A stretch of DNA of 48,403 bases. Source: Candidatus Moraniibacteriota bacterium. GTDB taxonomy: Bacteria; Patescibacteriota; Minisyncoccia; Moranbacterales; UBA1568. The DNA is taken from assembly GCA_023261695.1 (NCBI GenBank), contig JAHFON010000005.1:1-48403 (forward strand), written 5' to 3'. Positions 1 through 10,241 of this stretch are shown one piece after another. Below the pieces are notes generated by a model. It saw only the letters and a program-made list of their open reading frames with translations. It was not told where the DNA came from and did no database searches. Positions within the stretch are counted from its first letter, which is position 1. Each line of letters opens with the position of its first letter. Made by a program: the position numbers and the translations under genes.

Positions 1-344
1 GATTATAGGAAATGATAAACAGAACAGATCAAAGACAGACAAGGAAAAGTAATTGCTTCTATCAAAATTATTTGATAGGTCCCTAAATACTTAGCCATTT
101 GCTGGAAACTCTGGAGTATCTGATGGTACTATGGTAAAATTGTTCCATAGAACAAAATATGCCAAGTAAAAAACCAATCAGTGTATCTTATTTTCAAAAT
201 AAGAAACCAGACAATCAGCAGGAAAGATTAAAAACCATGGAGGACATCGCGGTTTTTAGAATCCTCAGAGACCAAACGCTAAGTCCGCCAATCGGCGGAA
301 AAATATGGTCCGTTCTCTCTGGCGACAGAGAGCTAACATGAAAG
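1..344 (+). ncRNA. Group I intron (3' part) in 23S rRNA at the site equivalent to E. coli L1931
   Basis: Core elements P TTGCTGGAAACTC (99-111), Q AATCAGCAGG (213-222), R TCAGAGACCA (265-274), S AAAATATGGTCC (300-311); P3 CTTAGC/GCTAAG; P9 hairpin 315-332; terminal G344 followed by exon AGCGAAATTCCTTG. The 5' end is outside the window. Confidence 0.9.
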
Positions 345-1009
<665 letters not shown>

Positions 1010-1353
1010 TCAGAAGAGAGATCAAAGACGTATGATTTGAGATTTAAGAATCATCTTTTGAACAGTTTGAACCCGAGGAAGAGTATGACATCTACAATGG
1101 GTTTTTCGTCTTTGAAACAATGATAAGAATCAATCGCATCACGGCGGTACTTTCTTTCTTTTTACGATGGAAGAAAGTAACAAGCTGACTGAATTCGGTG
1201 GAGTCCGGCATATATCAAAGTGTGTCGCGATAATACCGAGGGAATTTTCCAGAATCATTTGGAGAAGCCCGTAGAGACTAAATGTCAGCAACCCTTGAAT
1301 TTGTTGAAGGGTGAAGCTATAGTCCAATGCACTTGGCAACAAGTGGTAACATG
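1010..1353 (+). ncRNA. ORF-less group I intron in 23S rRNA at the site equivalent to L2593
   Basis: Interrupts conserved AACCGT^CGTGAGACAG; ends in G; IGS TCACGGCGGT (1139-1148) pairs with both exons with a U.G at the 5' splice site; P3 GCTGAC/GTCAGC; R CCGTAGAGACTA; S GCTATAGTCC. No homing endonuclease ORF. Confidence 0.92.
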
Positions 1354-1660
<307 letters not shown>

Positions 1661-1824
1661 TCTTTTTTTCATTGACACGACGAAGCAGAAAAGTGAAGGC
1701 GGTTATCGCCTACGCTCGAAGCTTCGGCGTATCGACGACGGTTAACAGTGAAGAGCGCTTGTCCATACGAGATACATACTTATTTGATAGTGTTTTTTAA
1801 TTTTATTTTTTTAAGGGCAAAGTA

Positions 1825-1932
1825 TCCGGTGCTTCTAGCGAAGTGGAAACACCTGTTCCCATCCCGAACACAGCAGTTAAGCACTTCAGCTCCGATGGTA
1901 GCCTTCAGTGGCAAGAGTAGGTCAGTGCCGGG
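1825..1932 (+). rRNA. rrf: 5S rRNA
   Basis: CACCTGTTCCCATCCCGAACACAG motif, GTTAAG, CCGATGGTAG, GAGTAGG; complementary termini; follows 23S. Confidence 0.95.
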
Positions 1933-1953
1933 TACTTTGAACTTAAGAAATGC

Positions 1954-1985
1954 AAAATTCTGCCGGTTTAAACCGGCAGAATTTT
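1954..1985. terminator. rRNA operon terminator (perfect palindrome)
   Basis: AAAATTCTGCCGGTTTAAACCGGCAGAATTTT is self-complementary and lies just after 5S. Confidence 0.75.
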
Positions 1986-2113
1986 GGTGTTTGGATAAAA
2001 ACTAACTTGGGCGCTTGGCTTCTATGTCATGGCAAGTGGAATAAATATCTTTTCGCTTTCCTTGTCATCAGTTTTATTTCTTGGTAGTCTAACAAAGTGC
2101 TTGAAAAAAACAG

Positions 2114-2189
2114 GCCGTTGTAGCTCAGTTGGTAGAGCACGTCCTTGGTAAGGACGAGGTCATCGGTTCAATCCCGATCAACGGCTCCA
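2114..2189 (+). tRNA. tRNA-Thr(GGU)
   Basis: Full cloverleaf, anticodon arm CGTCC-TTGGTAA-GGACG, encoded CCA. Confidence 0.97.
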
Positions 2190-2383
2190 AAATTAGACTT
2201 TCCGATAACGAAGATGTAATTAAACGCAATAACTCTGACACTTTTCGCGTTTACCGTCTTTTTGTAACAAGTTAATCGCTAAAAAGTCTCAAATGTGCTG
2301 AACGAGTACAGTGGCTTGTGAAAAGTTAAAAAGTTTAATATTATGACCGTATAGTCGTATATAAACTTTTTAACTAAACCATT

Positions 2384-3379
2384 ATGAATAACAAAACATT
2401 AGTTAGTTTCATTATTGCTGTCTTGGTTGTTGGTGGAATTTGGTATTTTGCTTCAAATAAGCAAGAGGCAAAATTAGAAACAACTAAAGTTAAAATTGCG
2501 AACTTGCCAATCACTGATGGCCTACCGCTTTACCTTGCTTTAGAGAAAGGGTATTTCAAAGACGATGGACTTGATGTAGAGCTTGTAAAATTTGAAGCTC
2601 CCAATCAACTTATTGACGCGATAATGTCTGGTCAAGTTGATTTCACTTCGCCAAGTGGCGCGATGGGGATTACTGGCGTTGCTGATTTCAAAAACCCTGA
2701 CAAGGTCAAGATTTATGTTGCCTCAGGAGATGATGAGAAGACACCCGTGGATTCAGTGTTCGTTAAAGCAGACAGTCACATTACTTCAATTCAAGAATTG
2801 AAAGGAAAGAAGCTTGGTATTCTACCTGGTATCCAATGGCGAACAATCTCAACTCATATTTTGGCAAAGAATAATTTGGTAGCCAATAAAGATGTAGTTT
2901 TAGTAGAACTAGCGCCGTCACTCCAAGTTACTGCGCTTGCTTCTGGAGAAATTGACGCCCTCCTCGCTCTTGAACCAATGTCCACGACACTTAGGGCCAA
3001 GGGCATCGGAAAGGAAATCCTACGAGCAGCCGCTGCAACGACAATTGCTAACCCATTCTTCCCTGGGGCTGGTGCAGTGCGAGTAGATTTTGCTATGAAA
3101 AATCCTCACACAACAGAAAAGGTGTTAAGGGTTTTTGCTCGTGCTATTAAAGAAATCAGAGAAAATCCAGATCAAGCTCGGCAGTATTTAAAGGGGTATA
3201 CGCCACTTGATGATGCGTTGATTGCTCAGGCGTCAATTCATAAATTCAAAATGTATGACGAGATAACCAATGATGATATCGCGATGATTCAGAAATTCTA
3301 CGATATATTTTCGACGTACAAAATCGTGGATAAGCAAATGGATTTCAAACATCTTTTGTATTCTCCAACCTTAAACTAA
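2384..3379 (+). CDS. ABC transporter substrate-binding protein, NitT/TauT/SsuA family
   Basis: N-terminal membrane anchor; LPLYLALEKGYFKDDGLDVEL and ITSIQELKGKKLG motifs of NMT1/SsuA-like proteins. Confidence 0.9.
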   Translation: MNNKTLVSFIIAVLVVGGIWYFASNKQEAKLETTKVKIANLPITDGLPLYLALEKGYFKDDGLDVELVKFEAPNQLIDAIMSGQVDFTSPSGAMGITGVADFKNPDKVKIYVASGDDEKTPVDSVFVKADSHITSIQELKGKKLGILPGIQWRTISTHILAKNNLVANKDVVLVELAPSLQVTALASGEIDALLALEPMSTTLRAKGIGKEILRAAAATTIANPFFPGAGAVRVDFAMKNPHTTEKVLRVFARAIKEIRENPDQARQYLKGYTPLDDALIAQASIHKFKMYDEITNDDIAMIQKFYDIFSTYKIVDKQMDFKHLLYSPTLN

Positions 3380-4129
3380 ATGAATGCTTTTATCTCTGTT
3401 CAAAATCTTAAGAAATCGTTTAACAATACCGAAGTCTTCCGAGACTTCAGTATTGATGTTGAGCAGGGAAAAATAACGGCGATTTTCGGACCGAACGGCT
3501 CCGGAAAATCAACTTTGCTAAACATTCTTTCTGGTATCACCACCAAAGATGGCGGTCAATTTGAGATTGAAAATTTTAATCACTTTGGATTTAGTTATAT
3601 CTTTCAAAATTATCGCGAGTCGTTGCTCCCATGGCGCACAAATTTTGAAAATGTCGCTTTGCCACTAGAAATACAAAAAAAGAGTAAGCAAGAGATAAAG
3701 AAAAAAGTTGAGGAATTGCAAAAACTTTTTGAATTCAAATTTGATTGGGAGAACTATCCATACGAATTGAGCGGAGGGCAACAGCAGATTTTGGCGTTTA
3801 TGCGCGCCCTCGTTACGAGTCCAAAAGTTTTATTCATTGACGAACCATTTTCTGCGCTTGATTACGAAAATAACTTGCGATTGCGAGAGCACCTCCAGAA
3901 ATATTATCTGAAATACACGCCGACAATTTTATTGATTACTCATAACATTGAGGAGGCAGTTCATCTTGCTGAAAAAATTGTAGTGTTCTCACAACGACCA
4001 ACCAAAGTACTGGAAGTTATAGAAAACCCTTTGTCATATCCAAGAACAGTACAATCGCTTAAAGCAGAGCAATTTCACCAAGTGAAAGACAAGGTGCTTT
4101 CTGCTTTTCAAAAAGTCACAAACTTATGA
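3380..4129 (+). CDS. ABC transporter ATP-binding protein (TauB/SsuB-like)
   Basis: Walker A GPNGSGKS, signature LSGGQQQ, Walker B IDEPFSALD, H-loop ITHNIEEA. Confidence 0.95.
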   Translation: MNAFISVQNLKKSFNNTEVFRDFSIDVEQGKITAIFGPNGSGKSTLLNILSGITTKDGGQFEIENFNHFGFSYIFQNYRESLLPWRTNFENVALPLEIQKKSKQEIKKKVEELQKLFEFKFDWENYPYELSGGQQQILAFMRALVTSPKVLFIDEPFSALDYENNLRLREHLQKYYLKYTPTILLITHNIEEAVHLAEKIVVFSQRPTKVLEVIENPLSYPRTVQSLKAEQFHQVKDKVLSAFQKVTNL

Positions 4130-4869
4130 GGAAATATACTATCATTGGGCCAATACTCTTGATTTTAATTTGGGATGTGGCCTCACAGCTCCAACTTGTT
4201 GATAAATTTTTTCTACCTGATCCGTTTACCGTTATTAAAAAACTCGTAGAACTGATTGGAAGTGGTGCAATTCTGGGCGACCTCATTTTCACACTTGAAA
4301 GAGTGGTTTTGTCCTTTTTTATCGCGTTAGCAATTGGTTTACCTCTCGGTTTATTTCTTGGCGGGTCAGAAAAAATTTATCGGAGTGTAGAATTTATCAT
4401 TGATTTTTTTCGTTCCACTCCGGCCACAGCCCTTTTTCCACTTTTCCTTCTCGTTTTTGGTATAACTGATAAATCAAAAATTGCTGTCGCCGCTTTCGCG
4501 GCAATGCTCATTATTATTTTCAATACTGCTTATGGTGTTATGCATGCCAAAAAATCAAGAATATTGGCGGCGCAGATAATGGGAGCGACAAAAGTACAAA
4601 TTTTTCGCTGGATATTGTTTTGGGAGAGCTTGCCACAAACATTCATCGGCTTACGGAGTGCAATCAGTTTGTCGCTCGTCATTATCGTTGTGACTGAAAT
4701 GTTTATCGGCACAACTTCGGGCTTGGGGCGAAAAATTATTGATTCGCAAATAACCTACGAAATTCCGGCAATGTACGCGACTATCCTTATGACAGGTATA
4801 GTAGGTTATCTGCTCAACTTACTTTTCCTTGAAGCAGAGAAGAGATTTTTGCATTGGTGTCGTGAGTAA
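4126..4869 (+). CDS. ABC transporter permease (TauC/SsuC-like)
   Basis: Several TM segments, EAA-like loop AAQIMGAT, ATGA overlap with the ATPase gene. Confidence 0.92.
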   Translation: MRKYTIIGPILLILIWDVASQLQLVDKFFLPDPFTVIKKLVELIGSGAILGDLIFTLERVVLSFFIALAIGLPLGLFLGGSEKIYRSVEFIIDFFRSTPATALFPLFLLVFGITDKSKIAVAAFAAMLIIIFNTAYGVMHAKKSRILAAQIMGATKVQIFRWILFWESLPQTFIGLRSAISLSLVIIVVTEMFIGTTSGLGRKIIDSQITYEIPAMYATILMTGIVGYLLNLLFLEAEKRFLHWCRE

Positions 4870-4898
4870 GCTGTTAATCATTTTAAGTTTAACAAAAT

Positions 4899-5522
4899 AT
4901 GAAAAATCAACTTGATCACGCAACCATAAGGTTAGACACTACAATAATTCCTGGTGGGTACTGGGGTGGTCTAATCGCAAAAGGCCAGTATCTAAGGATC
5001 ATCGATCTCGATGGTCAGCAGGCTGTTGATTTTCTCTGTTATGATGCACACAACCCAAAAAATCGCTACAATGCCGCTAATACAATAAAAATCGCGGGGA
5101 ACATATATCTTAATAAGGGAAGTATTCTGTGGTCTGAAGCGGCTGACCATCTTGCCACAATTACGGATGATACGTGTGGATTACATGATACAATCTATGG
5201 TTGTTGTAGCAAGGAAGTTAATATGGTTCGTTATGGGGAAGCCGCACCCGCTTGTCGAGAAAATTTTCTTGCTGCTCTTAAAAAATATAATTTAGGTGCT
5301 AGAGATATTGTTTCCAATGTAAATTTCTTTATGAATGTTTCCGTTGGGCCCAATGGTGAGCTGACAATTTGTGAAGGGCTTTCAAAGCCGGGTGATTATG
5401 TTGAGTTGCGCGCTGAACGTGATTTGATCACGGTATTATCAAATTGTCCTCAAAAATTCAATCCATGTTCTGGCTTTAATCCATCTCCAGTACGTGTTCT
5501 GATTTATTCTTTGAAAGAATAG
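4899..5522 (+). CDS. DUF1989 / urea carboxylase-associated family protein (CgdB/UAAP2-like)
   Basis: LRIIDLDGQQAVDF, DTCGLHDT..GCC, CRENF, NVNFFMNV, SKPGDYVELRAE, LSNCPQ motifs. Confidence 0.88.
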   Translation: MKNQLDHATIRLDTTIIPGGYWGGLIAKGQYLRIIDLDGQQAVDFLCYDAHNPKNRYNAANTIKIAGNIYLNKGSILWSEAADHLATITDDTCGLHDTIYGCCSKEVNMVRYGEAAPACRENFLAALKKYNLGARDIVSNVNFFMNVSVGPNGELTICEGLSKPGDYVELRAERDLITVLSNCPQKFNPCSGFNPSPVRVLIYSLKE

Positions 5523-5815
5523 ATAGATACAGTGTCAGAATTAGAAGCCCTACCGAGGCTTTGAGCGAGGCGGTGGTGGCGCTTTCCCCATTCAAGAATT
5601 TTTAATAAAATAGGTTCGAGCGAAGCCATAAAGACACTCCAAAATTAGACTTTCGGACAAAATACGGACTTTTTGTGGGTTTTTGGGCATAGGTTTGATG
5701 TAATTTTAGCTTGACAGGATAGATAGATGTAATATTCTATGTTTAATGCATAAAATGCATCATCTCGTTTGTACTCACAGTTCACTCGCAAGTACGAAAA
5801 GAAAAGGAGGATGCG

Positions 5816-6079
5816 ATGTCAGAAAATGAGACCGATGAGGTGGTAACCATCTCTTTCGACTGGCTGGGGAAAAATTCCTTGGACACGTGGAAAAAACCCA
5901 AGACCAGAATGACAAGAGATGGCAGGACGGTTACCGTTGTACCGGGTATTGGCGAAAACGGTGTCGGCTGGCGCAATCCCTTAGTCATAGAGCCAAAGGG
6001 GGCGACAGTAATTTCGTCCTTCCCCGATCATCGCACCGGATGCTGGACGGTCGAGGTGAGGGTACCCGCCGTTTCGTGA
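5816..6079 (+). CDS. Hypothetical protein
   Basis: AGGAGG SD before ATG; TTGACA (5711) and TATTCT (5733) promoter upstream; no recognised family. Confidence 0.55.
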   Translation: MSENETDEVVTISFDWLGKNSLDTWKKPKTRMTRDGRTVTVVPGIGENGVGWRNPLVIEPKGATVISSFPDHRTGCWTVEVRVPAVS

Positions 6080-6268
6080 TTTTCTTTAGAAGCGCCATCG
6101 CCGGCTCCTTGTGGCAGAACAGTGCCGCAAGGATCCTGACTTTTTTTGAGTAGCGGAGAAGAGATCAAGATTAAGCCCGCCTTTTCTTTCTAAGAAATTC
6201 GCGCGGTTGACGGAAATGATATTTTCGCGTAGAGTGAAAAGGTTGTAAATAACGAATTATTGAGAACT

Positions 6269-6430
6269 ATGGGACAAGTCAAAGATACTTTAGTGAAACT
6301 CAAGTGTTCTGTGTGCAATCGCATCACTCATTACACTAAGCGCAACAAGAAAAAGGTGAAAGAAAAACTCGCGCTTAGCAAGTATTGTCGATTTTGCAGG
6401 AAAAATACCGGCCACACCGAAAGCAAATGA
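6269..6430 (+). CDS. rpmG: 50S ribosomal protein L33 (Zn-binding form)
   Basis: Not in the ORF track; translated by hand as MGQVKDTLVKLKCSVCNRITHYTKRNKKKVKEKLALSKYCRFCRKNTGHTESK, with two CxxC pairs. Confidence 0.93.
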   Translation: MGQVKDTLVKLKCSVCNRITHYTKRNKKKVKEKLALSKYCRFCRKNTGHTESK

Positions 6431-6543
6431 TTTGTGTAGCGAAAATAAAAATACCTTGTCAGCTCGCTGGAGGTATTTTATTTTTTGGGATTCTCTTTTT
6501 TGCGCAACGTTTGTTATAATACAAGGCAGGTATAAAATCAGAG

Positions 6544-6614
6544 GGGGGCGTCGTATAATGGTAGTACAAAGGTCTCCAAAACCTTCAGCGTAGGTTCGAT
6601 TCCTACCGTCCCTG
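6544..6614 (+). tRNA. tRNA-Trp(CCA)
   Basis: Cloverleaf, anticodon arm AAGGT-CTCCAAA-ACCTT; CCA end not encoded. Confidence 0.95.
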
Positions 6615-6620
6615 CAAATT

Positions 6621-6692
6621 GGCCTCATCGTCTAGCGGCTAGGACATCAGGTTCTCATCCTGAAAACAGGGGTCCGATTCCCCTTGGGGCTA
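6621..6692 (+). tRNA. tRNA-Glu(CUC)
   Basis: Cloverleaf, anticodon arm TCAGG-TTCTCAT-CCTGA; atypical T-loop TCCGATT. Confidence 0.93.
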
Positions 6693-6815
6693 CGATTTTT
6701 TGCTTTGACAAAATCTTTTTTATATCTTATCCTACTAAACCAGCCAAAGGCTGGCTCAGTTTAGTTCGCTAACAATTGAATAATAATAATCCTCAAAAAG
6801 AAAGGAAGGTGCGAG

Positions 6816-7685
6816 ATGGAAAATGCTACAGTTGCTTGGCCGTCTTTTTACAGTAGATTGCTAAAGCAATGGGAAAGGGGAAAGTTTGTTAGTATTAAGA
6901 TTGATAGCCTAAATTCGGACACCGCACGACGTATTGTAGATGCAACGCATCACTTAGTATGTGCTTACGAAATCCCTGTGTTTTTTGGTAATGGGAACGC
7001 CAGTATAAGCGCATTGCGCAATATCGTACAGCACGTTCATGGTATTGATCCATACCTGTTAGTGATCCTTGATGGTGGTGGTATCGCCCATTATCCTACG
7101 GGTAATGAGGTAAAGGAGGCAACATCCGAACACTTTGGGGCGGATGCAGTTACCTTGAATCCGTATCCTGGTTTTGCGCCGGTTCAACATTTTCTCGGGC
7201 GAGTTAACAAAGGTGTTGTTATACCTTGTCGTACTTCCAGATCAGACGGGAATGAATTTCAAGATATTGAGATTGTTCGTTGGTTTAGCGATCTAATCAA
7301 GATCTCTGATGACTATGATGAGGTGAGTAGGTTAAGCGGTATTATGGGGTGGTGTAATCCAAGCGGGCAATGTCATGTCCCCTTTTACCAATATCTAGCA
7401 TTATGCGTGTCTCGCCGCTGGAATTTCAACAAAAACTGCATTCTTGCTGTAGGAGTTGAATGTGGTGGCACTGAGGAGCTTCTAGCGGTCGCAAAAATTG
7501 CCCCCAACATCACGATTTTGGTAGAATGTCGGGAAAATATGCTACTAGAAGAACATGTTAAAAATATTGTTCAAGCCGTCCGAGATAGTAATGGCCAAGG
7601 GATGATTATTGAATCACCCAGTACTGATCTCGAGTACATAATGAAGTTGCATAACCTCGTAAACCGGTATCGTCTAGGTTGTTAG
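6816..7685 (+). CDS. Divergent OMP decarboxylase (PyrF type 2)-like protein, catalytic motif lost
   Basis: GADAVTLNPYPG, CRTS..G.EFQD and LAVG segments match PyrF; the DxKxxD motif is replaced by DGGGIA. Confidence 0.75.
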   Translation: MENATVAWPSFYSRLLKQWERGKFVSIKIDSLNSDTARRIVDATHHLVCAYEIPVFFGNGNASISALRNIVQHVHGIDPYLLVILDGGGIAHYPTGNEVKEATSEHFGADAVTLNPYPGFAPVQHFLGRVNKGVVIPCRTSRSDGNEFQDIEIVRWFSDLIKISDDYDEVSRLSGIMGWCNPSGQCHVPFYQYLALCVSRRWNFNKNCILAVGVECGGTEELLAVAKIAPNITILVECRENMLLEEHVKNIVQAVRDSNGQGMIIESPSTDLEYIMKLHNLVNRYRLGC

Positions 7686-7725
7686 GCAAAAATATTTGAT
7701 CCCTTACGGAAGGGATATAACAGGA

Positions 7726-7778
7726 GGGAAGACAAATGATCATAGAGGCAAGGGGAAGACAAATGATCATAGAGGCAA
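7726..7778 (+). repeat. 27-bp-period tandem duplication spanning a start codon
   Basis: GGGAAGACAAATGATCATAGAGGCAA at 7726-7751 and 7753-7778. Confidence 0.9.
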
Positions 7779-8104
7779 TAAGTGTCCCAGCAAAAGAGAC
7801 TAAGTTCTTTGCTCGGACTCGGGAAAACAACGAAGAAGTTGCGCGCTCATTTATTGTTGTCGCGCGCAATGGTTTGCACAAGTCTCCCTTTGCTTTACTG
7901 GAAGACGTATCCGTCGCGCCCGGATATCGTGAAATGGGAATTGGCGGGTCTTTTGTTGATAGGGTTATCGATGAAGCGCGCGCGGAGAATTGCTACAAAC
8001 TAATTTCTACGGTACGTTTTGATCGTTCGAATCTGTTCGCGTGGTACGCGAAAAAGGGCTTCATGCCTTGGGGCATAGAATTCAGGATGAATCTGGAGCC
8101 TTGA
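7736..8104 (+). CDS. GNAT family N-acetyltransferase
   Basis: LEDVSVAPGYREMGIG acetyl-CoA motif and WYAKKGF. Confidence 0.85.
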   Translation: MIIEARGRQMIIEAISVPAKETKFFARTRENNEEVARSFIVVARNGLHKSPFALLEDVSVAPGYREMGIGGSFVDRVIDEARAENCYKLISTVRFDRSNLFAWYAKKGFMPWGIEFRMNLEP

Positions 8105-8113
8105 CGTAATGGG

Positions 8114-8162
8114 GGCTCGTCCGAAACACTTCTGATACAGAGGTGTGGAGGACGAGCCTTTT
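8114..8162 (+). terminator. Intrinsic terminator
   Basis: GGCTCGTCC...GGACGAGCC stem followed by TTTT. Confidence 0.7.
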
Positions 8163-8305
8163 ACTTTATACATACAAAAAAATTTAAAATTTCCTTGTTA
8201 TACCAATATGTTGCTATAGCAATGGTTTATGTAGTGGCGAATATCGGGAAGCCGGGGAATAGTTAGCGGAATTATTTTGTGTTAAACTGAATTTACCGTT
8301 AACCG

Positions 8306-8340
8306 CAAACTACAAACTACAAATCACAAACTATAAACTA
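8306..8340 (+). repeat. Heptamer tandem repeat (CAAACTA)x5, imperfect
   Basis: CAAACTA CAAACTA CAAATCA CAAACTA TAAACTA immediately before the ATG at 8343. Confidence 0.85.
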
Positions 8341-8342
8341 TT

Positions 8343-9056
8343 ATGTCTACTCTTATTTTTGATATTGAAACCGTGGGAGAAGATTTTGACGCTTTGGACG
8401 AGACGACGCAGGACGTGCTGACGCGTTGGATAAAAAAAGAATCCGAGAGCGGCGAGGATTATGCGGCCGCGCTGGCGGATATGAAAAACGGACTGGGATT
8501 TTCACCGCTCACGGGACAGATTGTGGCTATCGGCATTTATGACGGCGAGCGGGAGAAAGGGGCGGTGTATTTTCAATCTTCTCCGAAAAAGAAAGACGAA
8601 AGTTTTGAAGAAAACGGCTGTAAATTTGAAGTGATGACGGAAAAAGAAATGCTGCAAAAATTTTGGGAGGTAGTGGAAAAATATGAAACATTCGTAACGT
8701 TCAACGGCCGTGCGTTTGACGTGCCGTTTCTGATGGTGCGTTCGGCGATTCACGGAATTCGTCCGAGTAAAAATTTGCTGGCCAACCGCTATCTCAATTA
8801 CCAGCCCGGGCACGCCAGGCACGTTGACCTTTTGGATCAACTGACGTTTTATGGCGCGATGCGCAAAAAAGGAAGTTTGCATCTTTGGTGCCGCGCTTTC
8901 GGCATTGAAAGCCCCAAAGCGCAGGGCGTGGACGGCGATGACGTGAAAGCTCTTTTTGACGGCGGTCGTTCCACCGACATCGCGCGCTACAACGCGCGAG
9001 ACTTGCGCGCGACGTACGAACTTTATACTCATTATCTCCGCCTTTTGCAATTCTAG
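8343..9056 (+). CDS. RNase H-like / PolB-type 3'-5' exonuclease domain protein
   Basis: ExoI FDIET, ExoII VTFNGRAFDVPF, ExoIII YNARD. Confidence 0.88.
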   Translation: MSTLIFDIETVGEDFDALDETTQDVLTRWIKKESESGEDYAAALADMKNGLGFSPLTGQIVAIGIYDGEREKGAVYFQSSPKKKDESFEENGCKFEVMTEKEMLQKFWEVVEKYETFVTFNGRAFDVPFLMVRSAIHGIRPSKNLLANRYLNYQPGHARHVDLLDQLTFYGAMRKKGSLHLWCRAFGIESPKAQGVDGDDVKALFDGGRSTDIARYNARDLRATYELYTHYLRLLQF

Positions 9057-9122
9057 TTTGTCTTGACAGGTCGCATTTGATATACTTTTAGGTGTGTTAT
9101 AAGTATTTTGGCAGGTTGTCTT

Positions 9123-10199
9123 ATGCTGATTGAAGATGAACTGAAGGCTTTTAAGGCGCGTTTGGACCCGAAAATCGGGGCGTATTTTGACAAAGTGATT
9201 GCTGAAGCCGACAAAGAAGACGCGTTGGTGGCTGATGCGATTCGGCACTCGCGCAAGCTGGTTTTGTCTGGCGGAAAACGTCTGCGGGCGGCTTTTATGT
9301 ATTACGGTTATCTGGCCAGCGGCGGCGCGGATACGGAGAAAATACTGGAGGCGTCCGTGAGCATTGAACTGATTCATACGTTTCTTTTGGCGCACGACGA
9401 CATTATTGATCGGGACGATATGCGTCATGGAGTTACGACGTTGCACCGGCACTACGCGAATGTCGGCCAGACGTTTTTTCCCAAAAAAGACACAGAACAC
9501 TTTGGCAACGCTATGGCGATTATTGTCGGCGATATGCTGGGCGCTTTTGGGAACGACGTTATTTTTCGTTCGGATTTCGCGCCGGAGATGAAATTCGCGG
9601 CGCTCTCCAAGTTGCAGAACATTGTCTCTTTCACGGTCATCGGTCAAGCGCGAGACATATACATTGAATATCAAGGCAAAGCGAGTGAGCGAGAAATTCT
9701 TTCAATGTATAAAAACAAGACTGCCAAATATACCGTGGAGGGGCCGCTTCATTTGGGCGCGCTATTGGCCGGAGCGTCGGCAGAGTTGCTTAAAGAATTT
9801 TCGGCTTATGCTATCCCGCTGGGCATCGCTTTTCAGATACAAGACGATATTTTAGGTATTTTCGGCAATGCCAAGCGTTTGGGAAAACCGACCGGCTCGG
9901 ATATTCAAGAAGGCAAGATCACGCTGCTGGTTTCCAGAGCCCTGCGCGACGGGACCAAAGAGCAAAAGAAACGGATTAGGGAAATTCTGGCTCTGAAAGA
10001 TAAGCTTGCTGAAAAAGAGATCAAAGAGTTTCGCGAACTGATTGAAATAACGGGCGCAAGAAGCGGCGCCAAACAACTGGCGGAGCAATACATAGAAGAA
10101 GGCACACACTCGCTTGAGAGAGCGCGTGACAAAATGGACGCGCGGGCGTACAATTTTCTTTCTTCTGTGGCGGAGTATATGATGAATCGTGAATACTAA
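9123..10199 (+). CDS. Polyprenyl (FPP/GGPP) synthetase
   Basis: GGKRLR, first Asp-rich motif HDDIID..D.R.G, KTAKY, FQIQDD, DIQEGK. Confidence 0.95.
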   Translation: MLIEDELKAFKARLDPKIGAYFDKVIAEADKEDALVADAIRHSRKLVLSGGKRLRAAFMYYGYLASGGADTEKILEASVSIELIHTFLLAHDDIIDRDDMRHGVTTLHRHYANVGQTFFPKKDTEHFGNAMAIIVGDMLGAFGNDVIFRSDFAPEMKFAALSKLQNIVSFTVIGQARDIYIEYQGKASEREILSMYKNKTAKYTVEGPLHLGALLAGASAELLKEFSAYAIPLGIAFQIQDDILGIFGNAKRLGKPTGSDIQEGKITLLVSRALRDGTKEQKKRIREILALKDKLAEKEIKEFRELIEITGARSGAKQLAEQYIEEGTHSLERARDKMDARAYNFLSSVAEYMMNREY

Positions 10200-10241
10200 T
10201 ACCGCTATAAATTGCCAATCCGGTACAAATATACGAATATT

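Larger units (their letters stand above)
2185..5654. mobile_element. Integrase-less islet at the tRNA-Thr 3' end
   Basis: Identical 18-bp direct repeat CTCCAAAATTAGACTTTC at 2185-2202 (overlapping the tRNA 3' end) and 5637-5654 brackets a four-gene operon. Confidence 0.75.

Noticed and set aside
2203-2383. Guanidine riboswitch expected upstream of the ABC/DUF1989 operon
   Set aside because: No guanidine-I 3' motif and no twin ACG(A/G) hairpins visible; a covariance search could still overturn this.
8502-9674. 390-aa minus-strand ORF and similar long antisense ORFs over groEL, pilB, topA, cysS and dnaK
   Set aside because: Shadows of well-supported genes on the opposite strand, with no motifs of their own.
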